Made by a program: the position numbers and the translations under genes. This document shows, piece after piece, positions 17,672 to 27,575 of a stretch of 64,000 bases of DNA (its first letter is position 1; each line of letters begins with the position of its first letter). This stretch comes from Vampirovibrionales bacterium. Its GTDB lineage: Bacteria > Cyanobacteriota > Vampirovibrionia > Vampirovibrionales > Vampirovibrionaceae. The notes under the pieces are model-generated. The model saw nothing but the letters and a program-made list of their open reading frames with translations. It had not been told where the DNA came from and ran no database searches. Location: NCBI GenBank assembly GCA_029262635.1, contig JAJCZA010000029.1, positions 29,938 to 93,937 on the forward strand. Direction: 5' to 3'.

Positions 17672-19297
17672 ATGAGCCGAGGACTTTGGATTTTGCTGAT
17701 TTTGCTGATTCTTTTTGGGTCGGCTCTCCGATTGTTTCAGTGGGACGAACGAAGTCTATGGCAGGATGAAGTCTTTACGGTTTCTCTTGCCACGGGAAAT
17801 CCCCTGTTTGAATCAACCTTGTTGCCCGATAATTTTGAACCGGATCCGTCAACCCCTCAAGCGCCTGAATATTATCGAAAAAAAGCCAATGCTCTCCAGT
17901 CATGGGATGATTTTGTGGCTGGGCTTCAGCACAATATCCAGATGCCCTTCTATCCCTTTGTTATTCGTCATTGGGTCACGTTTTTGACTGATTCCCCGAT
18001 TCACCTGCGGATGTTATCGATTCTAGCCGGGGTATTGGCCATTCCCTCGGCGTTTTTTTTAGGACGAGAGCTTATGGATAACCGGCTTGGACTTCTTATG
18101 GCAGGCATCTTTACTTTATCCGGCTTTCAGTTGATTTATAGCCAAACGGCTCGGGTTTACGCCTTGCTCACCCTGATTACCTTACTCTCTTCATGGGTGC
18201 TTATTCGGCTAACTCGGTTGCCTCAAAGGAAAAAAAGCCTCCTCTGCTTGCTTTTTGCGGTGTTAAGCTTATTGGGGGCTTACAGTCACTACTTTTACGG
18301 GTTTATCCTGATTTTTCATGGCGCTTGGGCTGTATTGCAGAGTGTCAAGTCTTCTGAACTTAGAAAACCTTTGCTGATAACAGGTTTAATGATTGGCTTT
18401 TTTAGCCTGCCCGGCTTGTGGCTTCTTTTCAATCAACTCCAGTTTATTAAAACAATCGGGCATGGCAACCTCAATGGATTATGGGAACCGTTAAACCTGA
18501 TGGAACGCTTGTGGAGTAATCTGCTTTCTATGATTAGTCCCAAGGATACTCCGACAAAAATTGTTGTTTTTATGCTTATTATTGGAGGTGTTGTTCAGGG
18601 CCTTCGAAAAAAATTACCAGCGCCTCCACTGCTCTTTGCCGGCCTCTGGTTACTTATCCTGGTTGGTGGGCTGGTTAGTGTGGATCTTATCAGTGAAACC
18701 CATCGGATTATGTCCAAGCGTTACCTGATTTTAGCCTCACCGGCAATAGTTTTACTGCTTGCTTACGGGCTTTACGCTCTTTTTACCAGCTTTCCAAAGC
18801 AAAGAGTCATTGTTGGCCTTCTTTTTTGCGGTTTTGTGGGCTTAATGGCTCAAAACTGCGTTCAGGTGCTAAGCGGAGAGAAATTTTTACGTAAAGAGGA
18901 TTATCGAAGTGCTGGATTAGTGATTCAAGCGGAACACCAACCGGGTGATCTCGTTTTGATTTCTCATTCGGGTGTTCACGCGGCAGGAATGGCCTTTTAT
19001 TTACCAGATGTTATAACGATGGCAGGTATTAGTCGGCGAAATGAGGGTACAGTATGGCTACCCAGTAAACTGGCTCAACATTTAAGTGGGTTGACTCAGA
19101 ATAAGTCCAACGTCTGGCTGGTTGAAACGCATATCCGTCCTCGCTCGCTTCAACAAGCCATTGAAGCCTGGATGAACCAGAGTTATAGCCTGAAGAGTAC
19201 CCGAAAATTCAGCAGTGTCCGCCTACTCCAGTTTAAAAAAACAGGAAATGCAAGAGGCTTTAGAAGGATGAAAACCCGGCGTGCTGATCTAAAATAG
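17672..19297 (+). CDS. GT-C (GT39/ArnT/PMT-like) integral membrane glycosyltransferase
   Basis: SLWQDE, P.Y, LRMLS, YSQTARVYA, YSHY motifs and many TM helices; start uncertain (17606-17672). Confidence 0.85.
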   Translation: MSRGLWILLILLILFGSALRLFQWDERSLWQDEVFTVSLATGNPLFESTLLPDNFEPDPSTPQAPEYYRKKANALQSWDDFVAGLQHNIQMPFYPFVIRHWVTFLTDSPIHLRMLSILAGVLAIPSAFFLGRELMDNRLGLLMAGIFTLSGFQLIYSQTARVYALLTLITLLSSWVLIRLTRLPQRKKSLLCLLFAVLSLLGAYSHYFYGFILIFHGAWAVLQSVKSSELRKPLLITGLMIGFFSLPGLWLLFNQLQFIKTIGHGNLNGLWEPLNLMERLWSNLLSMISPKDTPTKIVVFMLIIGGVVQGLRKKLPAPPLLFAGLWLLILVGGLVSVDLISETHRIMSKRYLILASPAIVLLLAYGLYALFTSFPKQRVIVGLLFCGFVGLMAQNCVQVLSGEKFLRKEDYRSAGLVIQAEHQPGDLVLISHSGVHAAGMAFYLPDVITMAGISRRNEGTVWLPSKLAQHLSGLTQNKSNVWLVETHIRPRSLQQAIEAWMNQSYSLKSTRKFSSVRLLQFKKTGNARGFRRMKTRRADLK

Positions 19298-19490
19298 TTT
19301 GTAACGTTTTCTCTAACAGCACCTTATTCCCACCAAAGAAAGTAGGTGGTATTTTTTCCTGCTCTACTCGAATATTGAATTTCTCACCCGACCCGTCACG
19401 GAATGTAAAATCAAGCAGATGTTTTCCATCCGCCTGTATTTCATCACTACCCAGATAGTGAACAAGTCGCTTGTCGTATACCAGTTCCAT
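19260..19490 (-). CDS. small hypothetical protein under a sigma28-type promoter
   Basis: Protein-like composition; near-consensus promoter 50 bp upstream. Confidence 0.65.
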   Translation of the reverse strand: MELVYDKRLVHYLGSDEIQADGKHLLDFTFRDGSGEKFNIRVEQEKIPPTFFGGNKVLLEKTLQTILDQHAGFSSF

Positions 19491-19539
19491 AAAAAGCAAG
19501 ACCCTAATCTATAATCCCGATTGCCTACACTTAAATCTA

Positions 19540-19567
19540 TTATCGACGAAAAGGCGAAAAAACTTTA
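19540..19567 (-). promoter_or_regulatory. sigma28-type promoter
   Basis: Minus strand TAAAGTTT...: TAAA-N16-GTCGATAA. Confidence 0.7.
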
Positions 19568-19666
19568 GGCTTTTCTCTTTAAGTGTTTTTAAATGTATAC
19601 AAATTGTTATACTTTTTAGTATACATGAGGATTAAAATGTAAACAATAGGAGGTTCGGGTTTTTAT

Positions 19667-20557
19667 CTAAATCTGAGGTTTTATTTGGCTAAAGATAGTC
19701 ACCCGTTCTTTTTTTGTACATCGGGCGTTATGCAAAGCATGACGAGCATAACGAACCAATGCGTCAGCGTCGGCCACTTCATCGGGATCGGATAGGGGGA
19801 ACCCGGCTATTCCAGAGTGAATGGACAGGGTTTCTATGTCTTTTCCCGAATGAAATTCGACACCCTGAATGGATTGAACAATTCGGTTGGCCAGTATTTT
19901 TGCGCCTTTTTCCGTACTGCGAGGCAGGAGCAGGCCAATTTCGTCATCGCCGATGCGAGCGATAATATCTTCGTTTCGTTTGTGAGTCTGAATTACATCG
20001 GCCATTTTACAGACAATATTGTTTACAAAATCATAGCCGTAGCTATCCAGGTGAAGTTGAAAGAAATCCACACCAATAATAACGCAGGCCAAGGGGGACA
20101 TATGTCGCTTGGACAGTGAAATTTCTTCATTCAGGCGTTGCAGAAAGTAACGCCGGTTGTAGAGTTGAGTGATTTCATCCTGTTGGGCCGAGGCTTCCAC
20201 GTTGGCTAAAAGCTCACTTTGACGCAAGGCGGTTGAAACCCGACTTAAAATATCCAGCGAGGTCATGGGCGAGATTAAAAAATCAGTTTCAAAGGAGTGC
20301 CCTGATATTTTTTCGGCCTCTTGTTCAGCGCATATTTCAATGCATGTGGCTGTCGGCAAGGTCGACTTTACTTGGGCGACTAAAGGTTTACCCGGAGAAA
20401 AGGGCATCAAAACAACAGCGTAACTTTGACCCTTCAGTTCTTCGTTCAAGGCATCGAGTCCTGAAAGGGGCAAGAGTTTGTAATGTGGATTTAAGACGTC
20501 CTGAATCTGTTTTAACTCTGTAATATTGGGTTCGTCCAAAATATAAATCGTACTCAT
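19667..20557 (-). CDS. pseudo-receiver plus degenerate GGDEF domain protein
   Basis: DEITQLYNRRYF; RNED I-site followed by RIGDDEI in place of GGDEF; ADALVRYARHAL. Confidence 0.85.
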   Translation of the reverse strand: MSTIYILDEPNITELKQIQDVLNPHYKLLPLSGLDALNEELKGQSYAVVLMPFSPGKPLVAQVKSTLPTATCIEICAEQEAEKISGHSFETDFLISPMTSLDILSRVSTALRQSELLANVEASAQQDEITQLYNRRYFLQRLNEEISLSKRHMSPLACVIIGVDFFQLHLDSYGYDFVNNIVCKMADVIQTHKRNEDIIARIGDDEIGLLLPRSTEKGAKILANRIVQSIQGVEFHSGKDIETLSIHSGIAGFPLSDPDEVADADALVRYARHALHNARCTKKERVTIFSQIKPQI

Positions 20558-20634
20558 GCTCACCATTATAGCAATGGATAACAAACAAGGCAGGGCTATA
20601 TACAGTATTTTTTGAGCCTGATTTTAGTTTGACG

Positions 20635-21072
20635 CTAGGCTTCTCGATCCGTGATGATGCCTGCATAGCGCTGGATTTTTTCAGATACCTGTAGTAACTC
20701 GTCGCCGGTCAGGGTTAGCATTACTTGACCATTTCGTGAGTCAATCAGATCAACTAACTCAGAGCTTTCATTAACCTGAAAGCGGTAGAGAACGCCTTGT
20801 TCAAGGGAAAAATTCATGAGCCCCCGGAGCTTGGCAAAAACCAGAATTTGCTCGCGCTCTTCCTCGTTAAGCCCTTCTTGAGGTTCGTCTTCCGGATCGT
20901 AGTATTGTTCGAGTTCTTTGTTCACTTTTTCTGCGTCGTAGGCTTCCCGGTTTTTCTTAACTCTGGGTTGATGTCGTGCGGCTTCGTTCGCTTGATTAGC
21001 CCCAATGTAGGGGCTTAAAGGGTCAGCGTACGCATGCAATTGCGACGGTTTAGGAATGCCGTCAAAGCTCAT
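20635..21072 (-). CDS. flaG: FlaG-like flagellar protein
   Basis: C-terminal FQVNE....VDLIDSRNGQVM.....DELLQVSEKI...AGIITDREA matches the FlaG pattern; sigma28-type promoter upstream. Confidence 0.7.
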   Translation of the reverse strand: MSFDGIPKPSQLHAYADPLSPYIGANQANEAARHQPRVKKNREAYDAEKVNKELEQYYDPEDEPQEGLNEEEREQILVFAKLRGLMNFSLEQGVLYRFQVNESSELVDLIDSRNGQVMLTLTGDELLQVSEKIQRYAGIITDREA

Positions 21073-21137
21073 AAAGTCATCTCATTATTTCCAGATTGAG
21101 GATAGAATCAGGTAAAAATAACATTTCCTCTTGTTCA

Positions 21138-21164
21138 ATATCGGCGCTTACGGTAAATTCTTTA
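21138..21164 (-). promoter_or_regulatory. sigma28-type promoter
   Basis: Minus strand TAAA-N15-GCCGATAT, directly upstream of the flaG-like gene. Confidence 0.8.
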
Positions 21165-21170
21165 TGATAT

Positions 21171-21641
21171 TTGGTGGCAATCAACCATTTTATGGAGAAT
21201 CCATTGGACTTTACACTGTATAACCTCCTCACCTCTCAACTGCCAGAACCTCCTGACCTCTCTATTGTTCAAAGCAAACATCCCCTTCCTGAAGTATGGC
21301 CTGTTGTTGTTAAGGAAATCGTTCATTTTCGTAAACAATTGCAATATTTTATCGTGTCAGACGGCCGACAAGAGGTGTTTTGTTTCACCAAAGTGCCAGA
21401 AATTGAGGATAAAGTCGCTGTTTTAGAGTTGGGTAGCATTATTCATCTGATTGGCGCCGAAACCCGGTTTTCCGATAAGGAAAAGCGTTATGTTGTTGAT
21501 TTTGAAGAAATCTGTACCTTGAAAGAATATGACAATCGGGTAAAACAGCAGGCGGAGGATGAGAACAACCGTCGTATCTGGCTAAAAGAACAAGGCTATC
21601 TTGACGAAAGCGATTACAGCATGACCGGTTTAGAGGATTAG
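21171..21641 (+). CDS. hypothetical protein (possible OB-fold-like)
   Basis: Long ORF upstream of nadD; start may be ATG 21192. Confidence 0.65.
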   Translation: MVAINHFMENPLDFTLYNLLTSQLPEPPDLSIVQSKHPLPEVWPVVVKEIVHFRKQLQYFIVSDGRQEVFCFTKVPEIEDKVAVLELGSIIHLIGAETRFSDKEKRYVVDFEEICTLKEYDNRVKQQAEDENNRRIWLKEQGYLDESDYSMTGLED

Positions 21642-21716
21642 AAACGGTAACCTATCCATCCCCTTATTTTTGTAATAGGTTGAGAGATGGTGATCGGCAC
21701 AGCAAAGGAGTGGGAT

Positions 21717-22355
21717 ATGTCCAATCGGCTTCAAACGAAAATCGGCTTTTATTTTGGAACCTTTAACCCGATTCATTGGGGGCATTTGGCCATTGCCCGA
21801 CAGGCTCAAAGTCAGTTTAAACTGGACAGATTGGTATTTATTCCGGCAGGGCATCCGCCTTTTAAGGATGAGGATCCAGAGCTGGCGAATGCTGAGATTC
21901 GTCTGGCAATGGTAAAGTTGGCGATTATGAACGAACCCACCTGGGCTGTGGATCAAATGGAAATCAATAGAGAAGGCATTTCTTATACTATTGATACCCT
22001 GAAGGCGCTTCGTAAAAACTATGACTTAGGAAAGAGTAAAATTCCCTTTATTATTGGCTCAGATGCGCTAAGTGATTTGCACCTTTGGCACCGTCCCATT
22101 GAAATTATTAATGAGGTCACCTTCTTACAGGCTCCTCGACAAGGCTTTCCGCCGGTAAAAATTTTAGAACTGAATCAAATGTTGATTCCATTGGATACTC
22201 GTATTATCAATATGCCGGAAGATCAAAGGTCGTCGACGGCTATTCGGGAAGCATTCTTTCAAGGAAAAGACATCAAAGATTTCGTGCCTGAAGGTGTGGC
22301 AACCTATCTGAAAGAACATCTGGTCTGGCAGGCCCCAGGGCTATCCGGCCGTTAG
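21717..22355 (+). CDS. nadD: nicotinate-nucleotide adenylyltransferase
   Basis: GTFNPIHWGH, PPFK, SYTIDT, FIIGSD, SSTAIR; AAGGAG RBS before ATG 21717. Confidence 0.95.
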   Translation: MSNRLQTKIGFYFGTFNPIHWGHLAIARQAQSQFKLDRLVFIPAGHPPFKDEDPELANAEIRLAMVKLAIMNEPTWAVDQMEINREGISYTIDTLKALRKNYDLGKSKIPFIIGSDALSDLHLWHRPIEIINEVTFLQAPRQGFPPVKILELNQMLIPLDTRIINMPEDQRSSTAIREAFFQGKDIKDFVPEGVATYLKEHLVWQAPGLSGR

Positions 22356-22409
22356 GCGGGCTTTTAATTAGAGTTTAAAAATGTTGTGGTCGGGACGAAG
22401 CAGGCTCGG

Positions 22410-22829
22410 TTATTTCTTGAGTAAGTCACGAATTTCGGTTAAGAGTGTCTCTTCGGCAGATGGTTTAGGGGGTTTTGCTTCCGTGGCCTCCTTTTCTTTC
22501 CGTTTCAATTGATTGATCCCTTTAATTAAAAGAAAAACACACAATGCGACGATAATAAAATCAAGGGTTACTTGCAAAAACAGGCCATATTGGATGGCAA
22601 TTTCATCTGCCACGATAGCGCCTTGGCTATCCAGTGTGGCATGAGCCAGTACATATCTCAGCTCTGAAAAACTGACCCCACCCATGAGCAAACCAACCGG
22701 CGGCATAATGATGTTGGCGACCAATGAAGCGATTATTTTGCCAAAAGCTCCACCAATAATGACGCCAACAGCCATATCCACGACATTACCTTTCATGGCG
22801 AACTCTTTAAATTCTTGCAGAAAACTCAT
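22410..22829 (-). CDS. mscL: large-conductance mechanosensitive channel
   Basis: [24 protein letters not shown]...[10 protein letters not shown]. Confidence 0.97.
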   Translation of the reverse strand: MSFLQEFKEFAMKGNVVDMAVGVIIGGAFGKIIASLVANIIMPPVGLLMGGVSFSELRYVLAHATLDSQGAIVADEIAIQYGLFLQVTLDFIIVALCVFLLIKGINQLKRKEKEATEAKPPKPSAEETLLTEIRDLLKK

Positions 22830-22918
22830 TACGAAAGTCCTTAAACTATTTAAATCAGCAAAATAAGACCACAAATAAGCATGAAAACCAAACCGACTGA
22901 CGCCCCGTAAGTATTACT

Positions 22919-24640
22919 TTACTTCATTTGCCAGAGGGCGGCATCATTTTGAACCGGGTGCCTGAAAACGTCTGAAAAAGAGCGATGATAGACCTGTAAA
23001 ACAGGTTTTAAATACCGGTCAGACTCTCCAAATGCCGTGTCTTCAAGGATATAAACTGATCCATAACGCTGTTGCTTTTCTTGAAGGTAACTGTAAAATG
23101 CTTCTGTATCAGCGGTGAATGGGAAGGCAAGCGATTTTCTGTCACTATAATAATACGCCACTGGAGGCTTTCGGGTTATAATCAGGCTATTAGTAGGCGT
23201 ATTCTCTTTGATCCAGAGTAAGGTTTCATAATAGGCCCGATTATCAGGGCGACGTGAGGGGCCAACCTGAGCTATTTTAAGTTTATACCCGGCATTAACC
23301 CACCGCAGGGTATCTGGCAGGTGTCCACCCAGAAGTGCTACGCCGACAAACAGAGATAAGAAGTTTATGGAAACCTTTCTAAAGAAAGGTAATGGGAAGT
23401 GAGGTTGCAATAACTCAAGGCTACTCAGGATTCCTTGGTAGAGAATAATCAAAATAAAGGGAAAAACAGGCAGAATAAATCGAGGTGAGATGTAAGGATA
23501 AATCGCAAACACCCCTAAATAAATAATTAAATACAAGGACATAAGGGGGTAAGCCCTAAAAATAGAGGAAACTCCCACCAGGAAAAGAAGTGCCAAAAAC
23601 GGGGTGGCGTAATAAATAATATTGATTTTACTTCCATCTTCCGTTTTTACTCGAATAGGGGGCAAGAGCTGATCGGTTACGATTTTGCTATAGCCTGTGA
23701 CCCGTGCGCCAATAATTTCGGCATAATCTTCCAGTCCCTTGGCCATATGAGCGTTGTCTTGTGCTACAGGACTTTGCACCAGAAAATGTTTGATAAACTC
23801 CAGTTTAATGGGTGATTTATCGAGGAGGCTGCTTACTCCGGCTTGGTTCAGGGTCTCCCCCGTGACGGTGTGTGTACTTCGGTAGTAATGTTCATAGCCG
23901 GGCCAAAGTCCAGCGGCTAAAAGCAAAATAACGGCGGAAACTGTTAGAGTTTTCCATTCTTTTTTGAGCAGGAGGTAGGCTAAAAACCCGAGTAAAAGTG
24001 AGACACCCACTTGCCGCATCCAAAAAGACAGGGCGATGAAGATAATCCCCCAAGCTAAATGGGAGGAGAACCCTTTTGAGGAAGCGATTTCCTGGTTTTT
24101 TTCGAGGATTTTACTTTTCTGCCAGTGAGATAAAAAGAATAATGCTGCCATGGACAAAGCCCAGTAAGGCACATCAGACAAGACATCACTGCTGTATTTA
24201 AATATTAATGGATTGATCGCCAGAAAGAGGGTCAGTATACGGGTGTGCCAAAGGGAGAAATGGTCCCGAAGCCAATAATAAAACAGGGGAATGGATGCTA
24301 GAAAGAGGAGGTGAATTCCGCCTTTTAATACCCATTGGGCGGACTCCAGATCAGGCGTTCCTGATAACTTAAGCCAACCAGCAATTAATAGGGGGAGCAA
24401 TGGGGGAAATGTAAAATAGGGCTGAGCTTCTGGCCCATATTCTAGTAAATAGCCTTTTCCTGAGGCCAATGCCTGCCCAATCAGGCAGAAAATCGCGCTA
24501 TCGTGATTGACTACGGTTAAATAAGGGTTGAGCATTAATCCGAAAAGAACAGTAGAGAGAGCAAGCACCATGAGTAGAAATGGGCGATCTTTTTCAGTGA
24601 ACCACTGAATAAACGGGTTGTTATTGCAATTTTGTTGCAT
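22919..24640 (-). CDS. GT-C-like integral membrane glycosyltransferase
   Basis: HDSAIF..IGQALASGKGY, FPPLLP, SDVP, RQVG, PRFILP; many TMs and a C-terminal soluble domain (WIKENTP). Confidence 0.75.
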   Translation of the reverse strand: MQQNCNNNPFIQWFTEKDRPFLLMVLALSTVLFGLMLNPYLTVVNHDSAIFCLIGQALASGKGYLLEYGPEAQPYFTFPPLLPLLIAGWLKLSGTPDLESAQWVLKGGIHLLFLASIPLFYYWLRDHFSLWHTRILTLFLAINPLIFKYSSDVLSDVPYWALSMAALFFLSHWQKSKILEKNQEIASSKGFSSHLAWGIIFIALSFWMRQVGVSLLLGFLAYLLLKKEWKTLTVSAVILLLAAGLWPGYEHYYRSTHTVTGETLNQAGVSSLLDKSPIKLEFIKHFLVQSPVAQDNAHMAKGLEDYAEIIGARVTGYSKIVTDQLLPPIRVKTEDGSKINIIYYATPFLALLFLVGVSSIFRAYPLMSLYLIIYLGVFAIYPYISPRFILPVFPFILIILYQGILSSLELLQPHFPLPFFRKVSINFLSLFVGVALLGGHLPDTLRWVNAGYKLKIAQVGPSRRPDNRAYYETLLWIKENTPTNSLIITRKPPVAYYYSDRKSLAFPFTADTEAFYSYLQEKQQRYGSVYILEDTAFGESDRYLKPVLQVYHRSFSDVFRHPVQNDAALWQMK

Positions 24641-24763
24641 TAATATAGCCTAACGCAATCTTGTTCCTTCAGGTGTCTTTAAATCATACAGCCATCATAC
24701 TCAAAAAAGCGGCTTATTTTTTCTATCTGAAAAATTAAAAGTAATAATGATAATGATCACTTC

Positions 24764-26386
24764 ATGTTGAACCAGCTCCTTCCTCAATTCAATCATTTTT
24801 TCGCCCGGTTGGATGCCGGGGAAATCGTTCCCCATGCCCGCCCTTTGGCCCGTGTTATTGCGCCAAGTATTGCGGCAGCGCTGGCAAGTACTCAGTTGGC
24901 GATTGACTTAAAAAACGCGCCGGATCGGAAAACCCAAAAAAAAGTATTGATTCGGGACCTGCTGGCAATGGGGGGGATTATTGTTGGGCTGATAGCGGCG
25001 AGCAGAGCTTTAAGATGGCACTACGGTGTTTCCAACCATCTGCATTTGCCAGGAATTGCTCATGAACACGCCGAAAAAGCGGCAAACACGGCGAAAAAAA
25101 TCTTGAAAACTTCGCATGAGCGAATTACAGCCCTGTTTAAATCACCGAAATGCGATCACGCTGGTGAAGGTGTGGTTCGACTTCAGTCGATGGCTTTTGG
25201 CGGTATTTTAGGGGGCGGATTAGGCGGATTATTAGCGGATCGCATCAATGGAGAAGACCTGAGGCGAATGGCTGGCTTTAAATTAAAAGAAGGCTTATTT
25301 CAATACATTGGGAACATCACCTTTTGCACCGTGTCTATTTTGGCCATTGGTAAGTTGGGCAGGTATTGGGCGGAAAAGTACGCGGAATCTATCCTAAAAA
25401 AGGGGATGAAAACCCTTGAAGTATTTAAAGAAAAAACGGAAAAACATTTGAAAAACCTTATGGAAAAAGAAGTGGGCGATTTGAATACCTTGCCAGGCTC
25501 GGCGAGTGAATCCTTTGAAACTTATTGGTTGATGGCGACCAAAGATCAGAGGACTCTTCGACACGAATTTCATCATTTGGCCGATCATGCGAAACATCAA
25601 GGCCACGAGAATCCGAAAGCCTTAACTCGCTTGCTGGATCAGATGAAAACAACCCCTATAAAATATTCGCCAGATACTCGATTATTTCAGGAAGGGCTCT
25701 TACGCTACCTTAATGATGAGTTTGGTGAGCGGCTCGCTGGAAGACAAGGGAACGTTCTTTTAAACGAAATAAGCACTGAGCTGCTTCCGACTTTGGGCAA
25801 GTTATTTGAATCGGGTAATAAAAAAGAAGCCACACGGGTGTTTCGTGAATTTTATACCCGTCAGATTCAGGCCGATTTAAAAACAGTGACCCAAGAAAAG
25901 CGACACCTCTTTGATATTGCCAAGGAACGGTTTGCTATTTTTGGTGAGCGTATCGGGATTGTTGCCGGCCTATTTACCGGGATTATTGGTGGAGCCTTTG
26001 CCTCTAATGCCATTAATAAAGGACTCACTGATGTTTTGAACTTACCTGAAGGCCATGAGGTGAATGGCCTGTTCAGTGGACACGATCAAGGCAAGGGCTG
26101 GATGGAAGGGACCGTCGGAGAAAGGGGGATCCATTGGTGGGATGCTATTCTCCATCTCGATGATTGGCCTACAGCCCTTTATATTGCTGGGGTTCATTCT
26201 GTAGAGTCATTTATCAATGTTCTTTATGGGATTTCGGGGATGCTAACGGGTATGGCAGGAACGGACTACAAAACACCTCGATTTCAACCTTCTCAAGGGA
26301 AAAATAGAGGCTTCTACCCCAATAGTTCAGGCTACTCCCCCCTGAGTCGAAATCACCGAACCTACTCACGATTCTTGAATGGTTAG
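24764..26386 (+). CDS. hypothetical multi-pass membrane protein with Gly-rich helices
   Basis: GGILGGGLGGLLA, GIVAGLFTGIIGGAFAS; His/Asp-rich WWDAILHLDDWP segment. Confidence 0.75.
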   Translation: MLNQLLPQFNHFFARLDAGEIVPHARPLARVIAPSIAAALASTQLAIDLKNAPDRKTQKKVLIRDLLAMGGIIVGLIAASRALRWHYGVSNHLHLPGIAHEHAEKAANTAKKILKTSHERITALFKSPKCDHAGEGVVRLQSMAFGGILGGGLGGLLADRINGEDLRRMAGFKLKEGLFQYIGNITFCTVSILAIGKLGRYWAEKYAESILKKGMKTLEVFKEKTEKHLKNLMEKEVGDLNTLPGSASESFETYWLMATKDQRTLRHEFHHLADHAKHQGHENPKALTRLLDQMKTTPIKYSPDTRLFQEGLLRYLNDEFGERLAGRQGNVLLNEISTELLPTLGKLFESGNKKEATRVFREFYTRQIQADLKTVTQEKRHLFDIAKERFAIFGERIGIVAGLFTGIIGGAFASNAINKGLTDVLNLPEGHEVNGLFSGHDQGKGWMEGTVGERGIHWWDAILHLDDWPTALYIAGVHSVESFINVLYGISGMLTGMAGTDYKTPRFQPSQGKNRGFYPNSSGYSPLSRNHRTYSRFLNG

Positions 26387-26486
26387 CCGCTGACCGGAGG
26401 CCCCTTAATGTTACTCAAGAAAGGGCAATTTCTCCCGTGTTTTGTGTTAATTTGATAAAGGTCGATTATAATGCAGGAAAAGGGTT

Positions 26487-27575
26487 TTGACAATATCTTC
26501 ACGCTCTGGTAGCCCCACCAATTTACCGCTTATTTCAGTCGTTATTCCTATTTATAACGAATTTGAAACCTTGCCGGAACTGGTTAGCCGGCTGGATGAG
26601 TTGATTCAAGAGTACTCGGCTTATGGGTGGGAAGTCATTTTTATTAACGATGGCAGTTCAGACGGCTCAACTCAACTGCTTTCGGATTTAAGTGCTCGTT
26701 ACCTTTGGGCAAGCGTTCTGCACCTGTCTAGAAATTTTGGTCACCAGACAGCCATTAGTGCTGGGCTTGATTTTGCCCGAGGTGAGGCGGTTATCGTGAT
26801 GGATGGTGATCTTCAGGATCCGCCGGAACTGTTACCGCAGATGATTGAGCGTTGGCAATCGGGCTATGATGTGGTTTATGCCACAAGAAAGCATCGAGAA
26901 GGCGAGACACCGTTCAAACTGTTTACGGCCAAGCTCTTTTACCGCCTTCTTAAAGGCCTATCAGATGTGGATATTCCGTTGGATACGGGTGATTTTCGCC
27001 TTATGAGTCGTCCTGTGGTTAACGCTTTTTCCATGATGCGGGAGAGAAACCGCTTTATCCGAGGCATGGTTAGTTGGGTTGGGTTTTCTCAAACAGCCCT
27101 TTACTATGAGCGAGATAAACGAACCCATGGCGAAACTAAGTATACTCTGCTCAAAATGATTCGTTTTGCTGTGGATGGTTTGTTATCCTTTTCCACCGTC
27201 CCTTTGCAGTGGATTACGACGTTGGGCTTTATCATTTCCGCCATTAGCTTCCTTGCCATTGTTGGCGTTTTCTACGTATCACTTGTTATGCAAATTGCTC
27301 TGCCCGGCTGGAGTTCTCTCATGGTCGGTATTCTGATGATAGGTGGCATCCAATTGGTGTGCATGGGCATGATCGGCGAATACGTCGGTCGAATTTTTGA
27401 TGAAGTGCGCAACCGCCCCCTGTATCTAATTAGCAAAATAGATTCCCAAACTTTGTCCCAAACGACAAAAACGTACCCACCCCAACTCCGTGAGATGATG
27501 ATTCATGACCACTCAAACTCCAGAGAAATCCCACACGCCTTTACCGGACAATCCAACCCCGTCCTTAGCCACTGA
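26487..27575 (+). CDS. GT2 polyprenol-phosphate glycosyltransferase (GtrB/DPM1-like)
   Basis: VVIPIYNE, INDGSSD, LSRNFGHQ, MDGDLQDPP, GDFRLMSR, two C-terminal TMs, GEYVGRIF.E...RP.Y. Confidence 0.93.
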   Translation: MTISSRSGSPTNLPLISVVIPIYNEFETLPELVSRLDELIQEYSAYGWEVIFINDGSSDGSTQLLSDLSARYLWASVLHLSRNFGHQTAISAGLDFARGEAVIVMDGDLQDPPELLPQMIERWQSGYDVVYATRKHREGETPFKLFTAKLFYRLLKGLSDVDIPLDTGDFRLMSRPVVNAFSMMRERNRFIRGMVSWVGFSQTALYYERDKRTHGETKYTLLKMIRFAVDGLLSFSTVPLQWITTLGFIISAISFLAIVGVFYVSLVMQIALPGWSSLMVGILMIGGIQLVCMGMIGEYVGRIFDEVRNRPLYLISKIDSQTLSQTTKTYPPQLREMMIHDHSNSREIPHAFTGQSNPVLSH

